64,000 bases of DNA from an uncultured Alphaproteobacteria bacterium (GTDB lineage: Bacteria; Pseudomonadota; Alphaproteobacteria; HIMB59; GCA-002718135), in assembly GCA_902567855.1 (NCBI GenBank), contig CACFOQ010000001.1:64308-128307 (forward strand), read 5' to 3'. Numbering within the stretch: position 1 is the stretch's first letter; every line of letters starts with the position of its first letter. The translations under genes were made by a program, and so were the position numbers. Below are positions 1 through 10,106 of the stretch, piece by piece. The notes under the pieces are model-generated. The model was given only the letters and a program-made list of their open reading frames with translations. It ran no database searches and was not told where the DNA came from.

Positions 1-10
1 TAAAATATTA

Positions 11-631
11 ATGTATAAATTGTATAGTGAAATTGCAGTTGTAATTATGATAGGAGGTAAATCTAGCAGATTGGGCGGTGGAATTAAATCACTTATAAAA
101 ATTAATAAGAAAAAAATTTTTGATATAATATTAGAAAGAATTCAACCTCAAATTGATAAAATTATTGTAAATTCTAATATTGAAGACCAAGAAATATCTA
201 AATATAAATTTCCAATCATAAAAGATGTAAAGCAAGGTTATCTAGGACCTTTGGCTGGAATTCATGCTGGAATGCAATGGTTGAATAAAAACAATCCAGA
301 AGTAGATTGGTTATTAACCCTACCTGGTGATACTCCTTTTATTCCTTTAAATTTAGTTTCTTGCTTCAAAGAAAAGATTAATCAAGATTCTAAAATTATT
401 TTAGCTAAATCTAATGATAAAACTCATCCTATAATTGGAGTATGGCATACTAGCTTATTAAAAAGCTTAAATGAACATTTGGAGTCTGGGACAAGAAAAA
501 TTTTAGAATGGGCAGGGAATCATCCTTTAGAATTTCTTGAATTTAACGAAAAAGACTATGATCCTTTTTTTAATATAAATACTCAAATAGATATAAATAA
601 AGCGGAAGATATTCAAAAAAGATTTATTTAA
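11..631 (+). CDS. mobA: Molybdenum cofactor guanylyltransferase (MobA family)
   Basis: 206 aa. N-terminal nucleotide-binding loop 'VIMIGGKSSRLGGGIKSL', plus 'LGPLAGIHAGMQW' and 'LTLPGDTPFIP', which are typical of MobA. Confidence 0.8.
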   Translation: MYKLYSEIAVVIMIGGKSSRLGGGIKSLIKINKKKIFDIILERIQPQIDKIIVNSNIEDQEISKYKFPIIKDVKQGYLGPLAGIHAGMQWLNKNNPEVDWLLTLPGDTPFIPLNLVSCFKEKINQDSKIILAKSNDKTHPIIGVWHTSLLKSLNEHLESGTRKILEWAGNHPLEFLEFNEKDYDPFFNINTQIDINKAEDIQKRFI

Positions 632-685
632 AAAAAATACCAAAAAAGATAGAAAAATCAAAAGTATAAGAATATAGTATTTTTA

Positions 686-1600
686 GTGTCAATTTATCTT
701 CCCATTGCTGAAATGAATATAAATATTCTGTTAATAATTTTTATTGGCATGGTTGTTGGAGGACTTTCTGGATTATTTGGAGTTGGGGGTGGTTTTTTAA
801 TGACTCCATTATTGATTTTCTTAGGAATTCCACCAGCAGTTGCAGTTGGAACTGAAGCTCCTCATGTTTTAGCTTCTTCTGTATCAGGTGTTGTAGCTCA
901 TTGGAGGAGAAAAAATGTTGATTTTAAAATGGGTTTTTTTTTATTAATTGGAGGTGTAGTCGGATCAACAGTAGGAGTGAACCTATTTAAACTTTTAAGA
1001 GGATTTGGACAAATAGATATGGTTATTCAAATGCTTTTTTTAATTTTTTTAGGTTTTATAGGTTTTAGTATGGCATTTGAAAGTGCTAGGACAACAATAT
1101 CAAAATATAGGACAACCTCCTCTATAAGAACAAAATTACATCAACATTCTTGGATACATGGGTTGCCTTTTAAATTAAGATTCCATCGTTCAAAATTATA
1201 TATCAGCGCTATACCTCCAATTATAATTGGTTTCTTTGTAGGTTTACTGTCAGCCATGATGGGCGTAGGCGGGGGTTTTATTATGATCCCTGCAATGGTT
1301 TATATTTTAGGAATGTCAACAAATGTTGTAGTAGGCACCTCTTTGTTTCAAATAATTTTTGTAACAGCAAACTCTACTTTTTTTCAATCATACCTTAACC
1401 AAACAGTAGATATTGTTCTTGCTGCTCTTATGATTATAGGAGGTGTAATTGGAGCACAAATTGGAGCAAGTATAGGAACAAAATTAAAAGCTGAATATCT
1501 TAGAGGCATACTTGCAATAATAGTATTAATTGTATGTGCAAAAATTTTTGCTGATCTTACACTAACTCCTTCTAATTTGTTTTCTTTAAAACTATCATGA
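686..1600 (+). CDS. TauE/SafE-family (DUF81) anion exporter membrane protein
   Basis: 304 aa polytopic membrane protein with an internal duplication: 'GVGGGFLMTPLLIFLGIPPAVAVGT' and 'GVGGGFIMIPAMVYILGM'. GTG start. The N-terminal 'IYLPIAEM' looks conserved in long alphaproteobacterial TauE proteins (from memory), so I prefer it to the internal ATG at 713. Confidence 0.75.
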   Translation: MSIYLPIAEMNINILLIIFIGMVVGGLSGLFGVGGGFLMTPLLIFLGIPPAVAVGTEAPHVLASSVSGVVAHWRRKNVDFKMGFFLLIGGVVGSTVGVNLFKLLRGFGQIDMVIQMLFLIFLGFIGFSMAFESARTTISKYRTTSSIRTKLHQHSWIHGLPFKLRFHRSKLYISAIPPIIIGFFVGLLSAMMGVGGGFIMIPAMVYILGMSTNVVVGTSLFQIIFVTANSTFFQSYLNQTVDIVLAALMIIGGVIGAQIGASIGTKLKAEYLRGILAIIVLIVCAKIFADLTLTPSNLFSLKLS

Positions 1601-1989
1601 CAGAATTTTTAAAAAAGATAACAAGAGGATTAGATCTTTTGGTCTTATTATTTATTTTCCTTTATACTGCAATTTATATTTTAAAATATGAAATAATTTT
1701 TTTTCAAAAAATAATAATTTTTTCTGCAATAATAGGATTGATAATTAAACTTTTATATTGGATAATTGATAATAACAATATTATTAAAAATAATAAAAAT
1801 TTGCTTATTTTAAGAATAGCCGTTTGTATTTTTTTATACTTAAATCCAGTATACTACCTTTCTCAATATCAAAATCTCATAATTAGTGAATTTATTGTAA
1901 CAACTACATTAATAATCATTACTTTTTCTGCTTTATTAGTAATTGTAGTTGAAAAACTTATGAATAGTAAAAAAATGAGCAATTTGTAA
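1597..1989 (+). CDS. Hypothetical small integral membrane protein (about 4 TM segments)
   Basis: 130 aa, very hydrophobic and AT-rich. 4-nt ATGA overlap with the upstream TauE gene suggests translational coupling. No recognisable motif. Confidence 0.45.
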   Translation: MTEFLKKITRGLDLLVLLFIFLYTAIYILKYEIIFFQKIIIFSAIIGLIIKLLYWIIDNNNIIKNNKNLLILRIAVCIFLYLNPVYYLSQYQNLIISEFIVTTTLIIITFSALLVIVVEKLMNSKKMSNL

Positions 1990-1995
1990 TTTATT

Positions 1996-2748
1996 ATGAA
2001 AAAAAATTATCTAAAAAAACATTTATCTTTTATCATTTTTTTTATCTTGATTAATAATAGTGTATTATCAGAGGAATCTTATTTTGATTTGTCTGAAAAA
2101 GAAATTCAGATACAAACTGATTTTAATGGAAAAGAAATAATTATATTTGGAATTTTACAAAAAAATCAAGATACCATAATTGCAATTAAAGGTCCGAATA
2201 AGGATACAGGTGTCCTAAAAAAAGAGAGAATTTTGGGTTTTTGGTTTAATACCAAAAGAGTTATATATAAAAACTTACCTTCACTTTTTTTTATTTCATC
2301 ATCTAAACCTGTAGAAGATATTTTAAGCAAAGAGTCTATTATTAAAGAAAAACTTTATTTTAATGAACTTTTAGTAAATGCCATTACACAAAGAGATTTC
2401 ATAGACCAAAAAAAATTAGCTAAATGGAATAAAAACTTAGTTGATTTAAAATTTTCTGAAAATTTGTTTAAAGAATATGAATTTCAAAATGTAGATAATA
2501 AATTATTTCAAACTCGAATATTTTTTCCTTCAAATTCTATACCAGGAAAATATGAGGTGACTATATATCAAGTTAAAAATCAAATAATACAAAATAAACA
2601 AAATAGAGTTATCAACATAAAAAAGTCTGGGATTGGTGAGAAAGTTTATAAATTTGCTAATGAAAAACCTGCTACTTATGGATTTTTATCTATTTTTTTT
2701 GCTATAATAAGTGGCTTGATAGCTGCAACTGTTTTTAGGAGGTTATAA
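1996..2748 (+). CDS. TIGR02186-like alphaproteobacterial putative transmembrane/periplasmic protein
   Basis: 250 aa. N-terminal signal-like segment 'LSFIIFFILINNSVLS' and a single C-terminal TM 'GFLSIFFAIISGLIAATVF'. The position directly downstream of a TauE gene matches an arrangement I recall for the TIGR02186 family. Family assignment is from memory. Confidence 0.5.
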   Translation: MKKNYLKKHLSFIIFFILINNSVLSEESYFDLSEKEIQIQTDFNGKEIIIFGILQKNQDTIIAIKGPNKDTGVLKKERILGFWFNTKRVIYKNLPSLFFISSSKPVEDILSKESIIKEKLYFNELLVNAITQRDFIDQKKLAKWNKNLVDLKFSENLFKEYEFQNVDNKLFQTRIFFPSNSIPGKYEVTIYQVKNQIIQNKQNRVINIKKSGIGEKVYKFANEKPATYGFLSIFFAIISGLIAATVFRRL

Positions 2749-2750
2749 CA

Positions 2751-3224
2751 ATGAGTGACGATAGATATATATTAGTTATTGCAGATAATTCACCTGAAAT
2801 GAATATCGCATTGGAATATGCCTGTGCTAGATCAAAAAAAACTGGAAGAAAAATTATTATTGCTACTTTTATAGAACCTTTAGATGTTTTAACAACTCAG
2901 GGAATTTCTGAAATTATGAAAAATGAAGCTAGAGAAGAAGCTGAAAAAATGCTTAATACAGCTGCAACTATCGTAAAAGAAGCAACTGGTATAGTGCCTG
3001 TTTTGCATACTAGAGAAGGAGAAATAATTTCTGAATTAAAAAAATTAATTGAAGAAGAAGAAGGTATTAATGTTTTGGTATTAGCTGCAAATACTAACGA
3101 AAATGAAAAAAATCCTGGCCCTATTATAAATGCTTTAATTTCTAGAGAGATTAGTACTCTGCGCATACCTGTAATGATTGTACCTGGAAATTTTTCAAAA
3201 GATCACATTTCTCAAATTACATAA
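2751..3224 (+). CDS. Universal stress protein (UspA) family protein
   Basis: 157 aa. 'ILVIADNSPEMNIALEYA' N-terminal strand-helix, 'VLVLAANT' and 'IPVMIVPG' C-terminal elements typical of the Usp alpha/beta fold. Confidence 0.65.
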   Translation: MSDDRYILVIADNSPEMNIALEYACARSKKTGRKIIIATFIEPLDVLTTQGISEIMKNEAREEAEKMLNTAATIVKEATGIVPVLHTREGEIISELKKLIEEEEGINVLVLAANTNENEKNPGPIINALISREISTLRIPVMIVPGNFSKDHISQIT

Positions 3225-3226
3225 AG

Positions 3227-3871
3227 ATGAAGAATAAATACAATGAAAAAGTTGCAGAGATTTTAATAAATATAGAATCGGTAAAATTTTCTTTTGATAA
3301 TCCATTTACACTTACATCAGGATTGAAAAGCCCAGTATATGTTGACTGCAGAAAAATAATATCTTTTGTTAATGAGAGACAAACTATAATAAATTATGGA
3401 ATAGAATATTTTAAAGAAAATAATTTAGATTTTGATATTTTAGCTGGTGGTGAAACAGCTGGTATTCCGTATTCTGCTTTTTTTTCACAATTACTAAAAA
3501 AACCAATGATCTATGTTAGAAAACAACCAAAAGGATTTGGACAAAACCAACAAATAGAAGGTTATTTTAAAGAAAAACAAAAAACAATATTAATCGAAGA
3601 TTTAGCTACAGATGGAGGAAGCAAAATAATTTTTATAGAAGCTATAAGAAAAGCACAACTAAAAATTACTGATGTATTTGTCATTTTTTATTATGATATT
3701 TTTGATTTCAAAAAATCATCTCTATCAAATTACCAAGTAAACTTACACTCACTTTGTACATGGAAAGATATCATTGATATAATTAAAACAAAAAACTTAT
3801 ACTCTACTAAACAAATTACAAGTTTGGAAAATTTTTTATATGATCCTGAAAAATGGAGAAAAGATATATGA
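3227..3871 (+). CDS. pyrE: Orotate phosphoribosyltransferase
   Basis: 214 aa. 'LTSGLKSPVYVDCRK', 'ILAGGETAGIPYSA', and the PRPP-binding motif 'ILIEDLATDGGS'. Confidence 0.85.
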   Translation: MKNKYNEKVAEILINIESVKFSFDNPFTLTSGLKSPVYVDCRKIISFVNERQTIINYGIEYFKENNLDFDILAGGETAGIPYSAFFSQLLKKPMIYVRKQPKGFGQNQQIEGYFKEKQKTILIEDLATDGGSKIIFIEAIRKAQLKITDVFVIFYYDIFDFKKSSLSNYQVNLHSLCTWKDIIDIIKTKNLYSTKQITSLENFLYDPEKWRKDI

Positions 3872-4299
3872 AAAATATTACTTTAGTTAGTGGTGGTTTT
3901 GATCCTATTCATCAAGGCCATATAAAATTAATTAAAGAAGCTTCTAGATATGGAAGTGTTGTGGTTTTATTAAATTCTGACGAATGGTTAAGGAAAAAAA
4001 AAGGAAAAGAATTTCACAATTTTGAAGAACGTAAAATTATTATGGAATCTATTAAAGGTGTTATTGAAGTTATAGCTTTTGATGACTCTGATACAACATG
4101 TATAGATGGAATAAAAAAAGCAAAAGCAAAATATCCAAATAGCACAATAAAACTTGCAAATGGAGGAGATAGAAATCAGAAAACGACTCCTGAAAAAGAA
4201 TATTGTGAAAAAAATAATATTGAAACTATTTGGGAAATAGGAGGTAAAAATAAAGCTAACTCAAGCTCTTGGCTACTTAAAAAATGGACTGATAATTAA
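3868..4299 (+). CDS. Cytidylyltransferase-like nucleotidyltransferase (RfaE domain II / TagD-like)
   Basis: 'SGGFDPIHQGHIKLIKEA' is the (H/T)xGH nucleotidyltransferase signature. I prefer the ATG at 3868 (ATGA overlap with the pyrE stop) over the ORF-track ATG at 3853. The stop is unambiguous. Confidence 0.6.
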   Translation: MKNITLVSGGFDPIHQGHIKLIKEASRYGSVVVLLNSDEWLRKKKGKEFHNFEERKIIMESIKGVIEVIAFDDSDTTCIDGIKKAKAKYPNSTIKLANGGDRNQKTTPEKEYCEKNNIETIWEIGGKNKANSSSWLLKKWTDN

Positions 4300-4301
4300 T
4301 T

Positions 4302-4925
4302 TTATGGAAATAATTTTTTTCTTTTCCATTTATTATTAATTTTTATAAATTCCAATCTATCATGAAGACGAAAAGGCATATCTTGCCAAAATTCTATTAG
4401 TATAGGTGCTACTCTAAAACCACTCCAATAATCAGGACGAGGAATTGAATCTTCTTTAAATTTTTCTTTATAAAAGTTATATTTTTCAATTAAATCTTCT
4501 CTATTATTCATTTTACTTGATTGATTTGAAGCCCATGCTCCTATTCTGCTTTCTTTAGGCCTTGAATTAAAATACTTATCTGCCTCTTTGTCAGAAACTG
4601 ATATAGCTTTGCCCTCAATTCTCACTTGTTTAGTAATAGATTTCCAATGAAAATTTAAAGAGACATTTGGATTATTAATTATATCTTTTCCTTTTTTACT
4701 TTTAATATTTGTATAAAATACAAAGCCTCTATCATCAAAATCCTTTAATAAAACCATTCTAGATGAAGGAAAGTTAGATTTTGATATTGTAGATAAATTC
4801 ATAGCATTGGGATCATTAATTTCATTTTTTTGAGCCTCATCAAACCATTCTTTAAATAAACTGAATGGATTATTAGATGAATTGATAATTAATTTTTTTT
4901 CTTTCATATTTTTTAGACGGCTCAA
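4302..4925 (-). CDS. pdxH: Pyridoxamine 5'-phosphate oxidase
   Basis: 207 aa. 'RMVLLKDFDDRGFVFYTNIKSKKG' and the C-terminal 'IEFWQDMPFRLHDRLEF' are characteristic of PdxH. Confidence 0.85.
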   Translation of the reverse strand: MSRLKNMKEKKLIINSSNNPFSLFKEWFDEAQKNEINDPNAMNLSTISKSNFPSSRMVLLKDFDDRGFVFYTNIKSKKGKDIINNPNVSLNFHWKSITKQVRIEGKAISVSDKEADKYFNSRPKESRIGAWASNQSSKMNNREDLIEKYNFYKEKFKEDSIPRPDYWSGFRVAPILIEFWQDMPFRLHDRLEFIKINNKWKRKKLFP

Positions 4926-4992
4926 GATATTATGTATATATAGTTCATATTAATAGAATAATTAAGAATTTTATTTTAGTAGGAAAATAAAC

Positions 4993-5817
4993 ATGATCAT
5001 GAAGGGAAAAAAAGGGTTAGTTATGGGAGTAGCTAATGATAGATCAATTGCTTGGGGGATTGCAAAGAAAATTGCTTCTGAAGGAGCTGAGGTTGCCTTT
5101 ACTTATCAAGGCGAAGCTTTAAAGAAAAGAGTATCTCCTTTAGCTGAAAGTGTAGGTTCTTCAATAATAATTCCTTGTGATGTTACAGATACTACTTCAA
5201 TGCAATCAACATTCAGAATATTAAAAGAAAAATGGCAAAATATAGATTTTCTTGTTCATGGTATTGGTTTTTCAAATAAAGATGAATTAAGAGGAAAATA
5301 TTACAATACAACAAGTGAAAATTTTAATCAAACGATGCATATTTCTTGTTTTTCTTTCACTGAAGCCTGTAAATTAGCTGAACCTATAATGAATGAAGGA
5401 GGTTCTATTTTAACTCTGACCTACTATGGGGCAGAACAAGTAATGCCTCATTACAATGTTATGGGAGTTGCAAAAGCTGCTTTAGAAGCAAGTGTTAGAT
5501 ATTTAGCAGTAGATATGGGAGAAAAAAATATAAGAGTTAATGCTATTAGTGCTGGCCCTATTAAAACCTTAGCCGCATCAGGAATTGGAGATTTTCGGTT
5601 TATTCTAAAATGGAATGAGCTTAATGCTCCTTTAAAAAGAAATGTTAGTCAAGAAGATGTAGGAAATGCTGCTCTCTATCTCCTAAGTGATTTAGGAGGA
5701 GCAGTTACAGGAGAGATACAACATGTAGACTGTGGTTATCATACCGTAGGGATGGTAGCAGTAGATGAAACTGAAAATATTTCTAATCTTTTATCAGAAT
5801 TTAAAAAGGATCAATAA
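4993..5817 (+). CDS. fabI: Enoyl-[acyl-carrier-protein] reductase (NADH), FabI
   Basis: 274 aa SDR. '[14 protein letters not shown]' and the catalytic Tyr/Lys region '[19 protein letters not shown]'. Confidence 0.9.
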   Translation: MIMKGKKGLVMGVANDRSIAWGIAKKIASEGAEVAFTYQGEALKKRVSPLAESVGSSIIIPCDVTDTTSMQSTFRILKEKWQNIDFLVHGIGFSNKDELRGKYYNTTSENFNQTMHISCFSFTEACKLAEPIMNEGGSILTLTYYGAEQVMPHYNVMGVAKAALEASVRYLAVDMGEKNIRVNAISAGPIKTLAASGIGDFRFILKWNELNAPLKRNVSQEDVGNAALYLLSDLGGAVTGEIQHVDCGYHTVGMVAVDETENISNLLSEFKKDQ

Positions 5818-6887
5818 TGTCATCTAATATTTCTGGTAAAATATTTACCTTCCAAACATGGGGAGAAAGTCATGGTAAGGCTATAGGATGTGTAATTGAT
5901 GGAGTTCCATCTAAAATTGAATTATCTGAAGAGGATATTCAAATTTACTTAAATAAAAGAAGACCAGGTCAATCCAAGTTTACTACTCAAAGAAAAGAAA
6001 GTGATAAAGTTGAGATTCTTTCTGGTGTCTTTGAAGGGAAGACTACAGGGCATCCCATATCATTATTAATAAATAATGAAGATCAAAAAACCAAAGATTA
6101 TTCAGATATTAAAGATATATTTAGACCTGGACATGCTGATTATACATATTGGTCCAAATATGGGATTCGAGATTACAGAGGAGGAGGAAGGTCTAGTGCA
6201 AGAGAAACTGCAATGCGAGTTGCTGCAGGTGCAATTGCTAGAAAAGTAATTAAAAATAAAATTAAAAAGGAATTTAAAATAACTGGAGCTTTAGTTCAAG
6301 TTGGAGAGGTTAAAATAGATTATGATAACTGGAATGAAGATTTTATTGAAAAAAATGATTTTTTTTCTCCAGATGAAAAAATAATTGAAAAATGGGAAAA
6401 ACTTATTATTAAAGCCAGAAAAGAAGGTTCTTCTTTAGGAGCAATTATTGAATTAAGATGTAAGGGAATGCCAGTTGGACTAGGTGAACCTGTATATGAT
6501 AAACTAGATGCCGATCTTGCAAAATCAATGATGAGTATAAATGCAGTAAAGGGTGTTGAAATAGGAAATGGATTTAATAGTGTATATGAAAGTGGACTTT
6601 CAAATGTTGATGAAATGAGAATCAAAAATAACAAACCAATTTTTTTATCAAATAATAATGGCGGAATACTAGGGGGGATTTCTTCGGGACAAGATATAAT
6701 ACTAAGGTTTTGCGTGAAACCAACTAGTTCTATTTTAACAAAAAGAAAAACTATAGATATTAATTATAACGAGAAAGAAATTTCTACTAAAGGAAGACAT
6801 GATCCTTGTGTTGGTATTAGAGCTGTTCCAGTTGGAGAAGCTATGATGGCTAATACATTAGCCGATCATTGTTTAAGATATTTATAA
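5817..6887 (+). CDS. aroC: Chorismate synthase
   Basis: 356 aa. 'FQTWGESHG', '[18 protein letters not shown]', 'GRHDPCVG'. 1-nt overlap with the fabI stop. Confidence 0.92.
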   Translation: MSSNISGKIFTFQTWGESHGKAIGCVIDGVPSKIELSEEDIQIYLNKRRPGQSKFTTQRKESDKVEILSGVFEGKTTGHPISLLINNEDQKTKDYSDIKDIFRPGHADYTYWSKYGIRDYRGGGRSSARETAMRVAAGAIARKVIKNKIKKEFKITGALVQVGEVKIDYDNWNEDFIEKNDFFSPDEKIIEKWEKLIIKARKEGSSLGAIIELRCKGMPVGLGEPVYDKLDADLAKSMMSINAVKGVEIGNGFNSVYESGLSNVDEMRIKNNKPIFLSNNNGGILGGISSGQDIILRFCVKPTSSILTKRKTIDINYNEKEISTKGRHDPCVGIRAVPVGEAMMANTLADHCLRYL

Positions 6888-7619
6888 TTTTTTTCTTGCA
6901 CAAATTAAAAATTCAGTATTTCCCTTTGGTCCTTTAATTGGACTTTCTATCAATCCAATTACATCCATCTTACATTCAATTTTAAACCATTCTATAAAAC
7001 TATCACATATTCTTTTATGAACTTCTGAATCCAAAATTACCCCACCTTTTTTTATTTCTTTTTTTGAAGACTCAAATTGAGGCTTTATTAAACCAATTAT
7101 AATTCCATAATTTTTTAAGAAAATTAAAGAAGGTTTTATAACTTTTTTCATACTTATAAAACTAACATCACAAACAATAAGATCAACTTTATCAGTTATA
7201 ATTTCATTGCTTAATAATTTTGCATTTGTTTTTTGTATATTTATTATTTTTGGATTTGAAATTAATTTTTCATGTAATTGATTAATTCCAACATCTACAC
7301 AAAAAATTTTCTTAGCATTTTTAGATAACAAAACATCTGAGAAACCTCCTGTAGAAGCACCTATATCCAAGCAAATATATCCATCTGGTTTAATTTGAAA
7401 ATGATTCAAAGCTTTAAGTATCTTCAAGGCCCCCCTAGATACCCACTGAGGATGCAAACTCTTATAATCAATATAAGATTCTATATTATGAAGCTCTCCA
7501 CTTTTAAGAACTTTTTTTCCATCTATGAAAATTTGACCTGCCATAATGACAGCTTGTGCTTTTGAACGAGATTCAACTATTTTTTTTTCAACTAAAAGTA
7601 AATCAGCTCTTTTTTTCAA
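6882..7619 (-). CDS. tlyA: TlyA-family rRNA (cytidine-2'-O)-methyltransferase
   Basis: 245 aa. N-terminal S4-like 'RADLLLVEK', and the FtsJ-type SAM motif '[15 protein letters not shown]'. Confidence 0.8.
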   Translation of the reverse strand: MKKRADLLLVEKKIVESRSKAQAVIMAGQIFIDGKKVLKSGELHNIESYIDYKSLHPQWVSRGALKILKALNHFQIKPDGYICLDIGASTGGFSDVLLSKNAKKIFCVDVGINQLHEKLISNPKIINIQKTNAKLLSNEIITDKVDLIVCDVSFISMKKVIKPSLIFLKNYGIIIGLIKPQFESSKKEIKKGGVILDSEVHKRICDSFIEWFKIECKMDVIGLIESPIKGPKGNTEFLICARKKL

Positions 7620-7620
7620 A

Positions 7621-9537
7621 TTAATTATTCTTTTTAAAATTATGTAGTGGAATTATATCTGAATTATCAAAAGATAGAACTTTTTTTACTATTGAATGTG
7701 AATCCATACCAATAGCTTTATATTGATTTTCTGGAGAGTTGTGTTTAACAAACTTATCAGGAAAAATAATATTTTTAATAACTGATTTTGTTGAAGTAAC
7801 CTTTAAATTATGGACATAATTTAAAATTGCAGAACTAAAACCTCCAATTGATCCTTCCTCTATAGTGACAATATATTCGTGATTATCAAGTATTTGATTT
7901 AATAAATTTGTATCTAATGGCTTCACAAATCTAGCATCTACCAAAGTAGGAAATACGTTGTTGTTTTTTAAAATATCTATTGCTTCTTTACAAGCTTCTA
8001 GTCTAGCTCCAAAATTTATTATTGCTATTTTATTACCCTCATTGACTATCTTACCTTTACCAATTTCTAAAGGATTTAAATTAATTTCTTCACTAATTCC
8101 TGATCCAGAACCTCTTGGAAATCTAAAAGAGGAGGGTCTATCATTAATTAGCAATGAAGTTTTTATCATTCTTATCAATTCATTTTCATCTGATGCTGCC
8201 ATTATAATAAAATTTGGCAAAGAATTTAAAAAAGAAATATCATAAGAGCCTGCATGAGTAGGTCCATCAGCACCAACTTGACCAGCTCTATCAATGGCAA
8301 ATCTAACTGGTAGTTTTTGAATAGCTACATCATGTACTATTTGATCGTATGCACGTTGAAGAAATGTTGAATATATTGCAACAAAAGGTTTAAAGCCTTC
8401 TGTTGCTAGTCCAGCCGCCATAGTAACTGCGTGTTGTTCTGCAATACCAACATCAAAAAATCTTTGGGGAAATTTTTTACTAAATGAATTTAGTCCTGTA
8501 CCACTAGCCATGGCAGCAGTAATACCTACAATCTTTTCATCTTGTAGTGCTTCATTTTCAAGAGTTTTGCCAAATATTTCAGAAAATGTTTGCTTATTAC
8601 TACTAGATAAAGAATGACCAGTTTTAATATTAAATTTATTTACTCCGTGAAACTTATCACTAGAGTCTTCAGCAGGCTTATAACCTTTGCCTTTTTTTGT
8701 GATTACATGCAAAAAAATAGGTTTGTGAATTTTATTATTTTTTATATTTGTCATTATAGGAATTAAATGATTAAAGTTATGTCCATCTATTGGACCTAAG
8801 TAAAAAAAACCTAATTCTTCAAATAATGTTCCTCCAGACACAAATCCTTTGGAAAATTCCTCTGCTCTATGTAAGGTTTTTTGAAATGAATCAGGAAATC
8901 TACTTGTTAGTTTTTTAATTAACGATCTTACATTAGAATAAGATCTAGAAGAAAGCAGTTTTGAAAGATAAGAACTCATAGCACCAACAGGTTGATCAAT
9001 AGACATTTTATTATCATTTAAAATCACAATTAACTCTTTATTCATTGATCCTGCATTATTTAATGCTTCATAAGCCATTCCAGCACTCAAAGCACCATCT
9101 CCTATTACGCAAATAACTTTTGAATTATCTTTTTTTAATTCTTGCGCTATCTTAATACCAAGTCCTGCTGAAATTGAAGTCGAACTATGAGCTGTTCCAA
9201 AAGTGTCATATTCACTTTCACTTCTTTTTACAAAACCATATAAGCCATCCTCTTGGCGCAAAGTTTCAATTTTTTGTTTTCTTCCAGTTAATATTTTATG
9301 CGGATAGGCTTGATGACCTACATCCCAAATTAATTTATCTTTAGGAGTATCAAAAATATAATGCAATGCTATTGTCAATTCTATTACACCCAAACCTGCC
9401 CCAAGATGACCTCCAGTTTTAGAAACTGCATCTATAGTTTTTGATCGCAATTCATTTGCTATATCTTTTAGTTCATCTATTTTAAACTTACGAAGATCAT
9501 CTGGAAAGTTTATTTGATTTAAAAATTTATATTCCAC
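7621..9537 (-). CDS. dxs: 1-deoxy-D-xylulose-5-phosphate synthase
   Basis: 638 aa. 'GGHLGAGLGVIELTIALHY', the TPP motif 'GDGALSAGMAYEALNNAG', and 'DVGIAEQHAVT'. Confidence 0.92.
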   Translation of the reverse strand: MEYKFLNQINFPDDLRKFKIDELKDIANELRSKTIDAVSKTGGHLGAGLGVIELTIALHYIFDTPKDKLIWDVGHQAYPHKILTGRKQKIETLRQEDGLYGFVKRSESEYDTFGTAHSSTSISAGLGIKIAQELKKDNSKVICVIGDGALSAGMAYEALNNAGSMNKELIVILNDNKMSIDQPVGAMSSYLSKLLSSRSYSNVRSLIKKLTSRFPDSFQKTLHRAEEFSKGFVSGGTLFEELGFFYLGPIDGHNFNHLIPIMTNIKNNKIHKPIFLHVITKKGKGYKPAEDSSDKFHGVNKFNIKTGHSLSSSNKQTFSEIFGKTLENEALQDEKIVGITAAMASGTGLNSFSKKFPQRFFDVGIAEQHAVTMAAGLATEGFKPFVAIYSTFLQRAYDQIVHDVAIQKLPVRFAIDRAGQVGADGPTHAGSYDISFLNSLPNFIIMAASDENELIRMIKTSLLINDRPSSFRFPRGSGSGISEEINLNPLEIGKGKIVNEGNKIAIINFGARLEACKEAIDILKNNNVFPTLVDARFVKPLDTNLLNQILDNHEYIVTIEEGSIGGFSSAILNYVHNLKVTSTKSVIKNIIFPDKFVKHNSPENQYKAIGMDSHSIVKKVLSFDNSDIIPLHNFKKNN

Positions 9538-9552
9538 AATATGGCTTTAGTC

Positions 9553-9780
9553 TTATTTAAAATCTTCTTTTTTTATCTGGTTATTTTCAATCTTAATTTT
9601 TTTAATTTGAGTTTCAATTTTTTTTAGTTTGGATTCACATTGATTTTTTAAAATCATCCCTTTTTCATATAGCTCAACAGATTTTTCTAAATCTACTTCA
9701 CCTGATTCTAATTTCTCAACAATATCATCTAGTTGTTTAAGATTTTCCTCAAATGTTGCATTTTTTTCTTTTTTTACCAT
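9553..9780 (-). CDS. xseB: Exodeoxyribonuclease VII small subunit
   Basis: 75 aa. 'FEENLKQLDDIVEKLESGEVDLEKSVELYEKG' is the XseB helical hairpin signature. The xseB-dxs adjacency is common. Confidence 0.75.
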   Translation of the reverse strand: MVKKEKNATFEENLKQLDDIVEKLESGEVDLEKSVELYEKGMILKNQCESKLKKIETQIKKIKIENNQIKKEDFK

Positions 9781-9818
9781 TATTCTACTCTAATTCTCTT
9801 AAAAAAATAATCAATCAT

Positions 9819-10106
9819 TTATCTCTCAATAATTCTAATAATTTGGTTTTTGTCACTATCGTATATAACACCCCTGATTTGGTTATTTTTTTCAATTAAA
9901 ATAAGTAGTCTTTTTTTATCAATTACTTCTATATTCTTAATATGTTCATCTTTTGACAAATTTGATGAAAAAATAATTGAGGAATCGGATATATTTTGAC
10001 CATTAGTTGAAATTTTTAAATACATTCCATAAAGAAGAGCTAAAAAAGCTATAATTATTAATAAACCTAAAATTAAAACGATACTTGAAATAATTTTTTT
10101 TGACAT
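9819..10106 (-). CDS. Hypothetical membrane-anchored small protein
   Basis: 95 aa with one N-terminal TM ('IISSIVLILGLLIIIAFLALLYG'). 2-nt divergent overlap with the rluD start. No family recognised. Confidence 0.4.
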   Translation of the reverse strand: MSKKIISSIVLILGLLIIIAFLALLYGMYLKISTNGQNISDSSIIFSSNLSKDEHIKNIEVIDKKRLLILIEKNNQIRGVIYDSDKNQIIRIIER

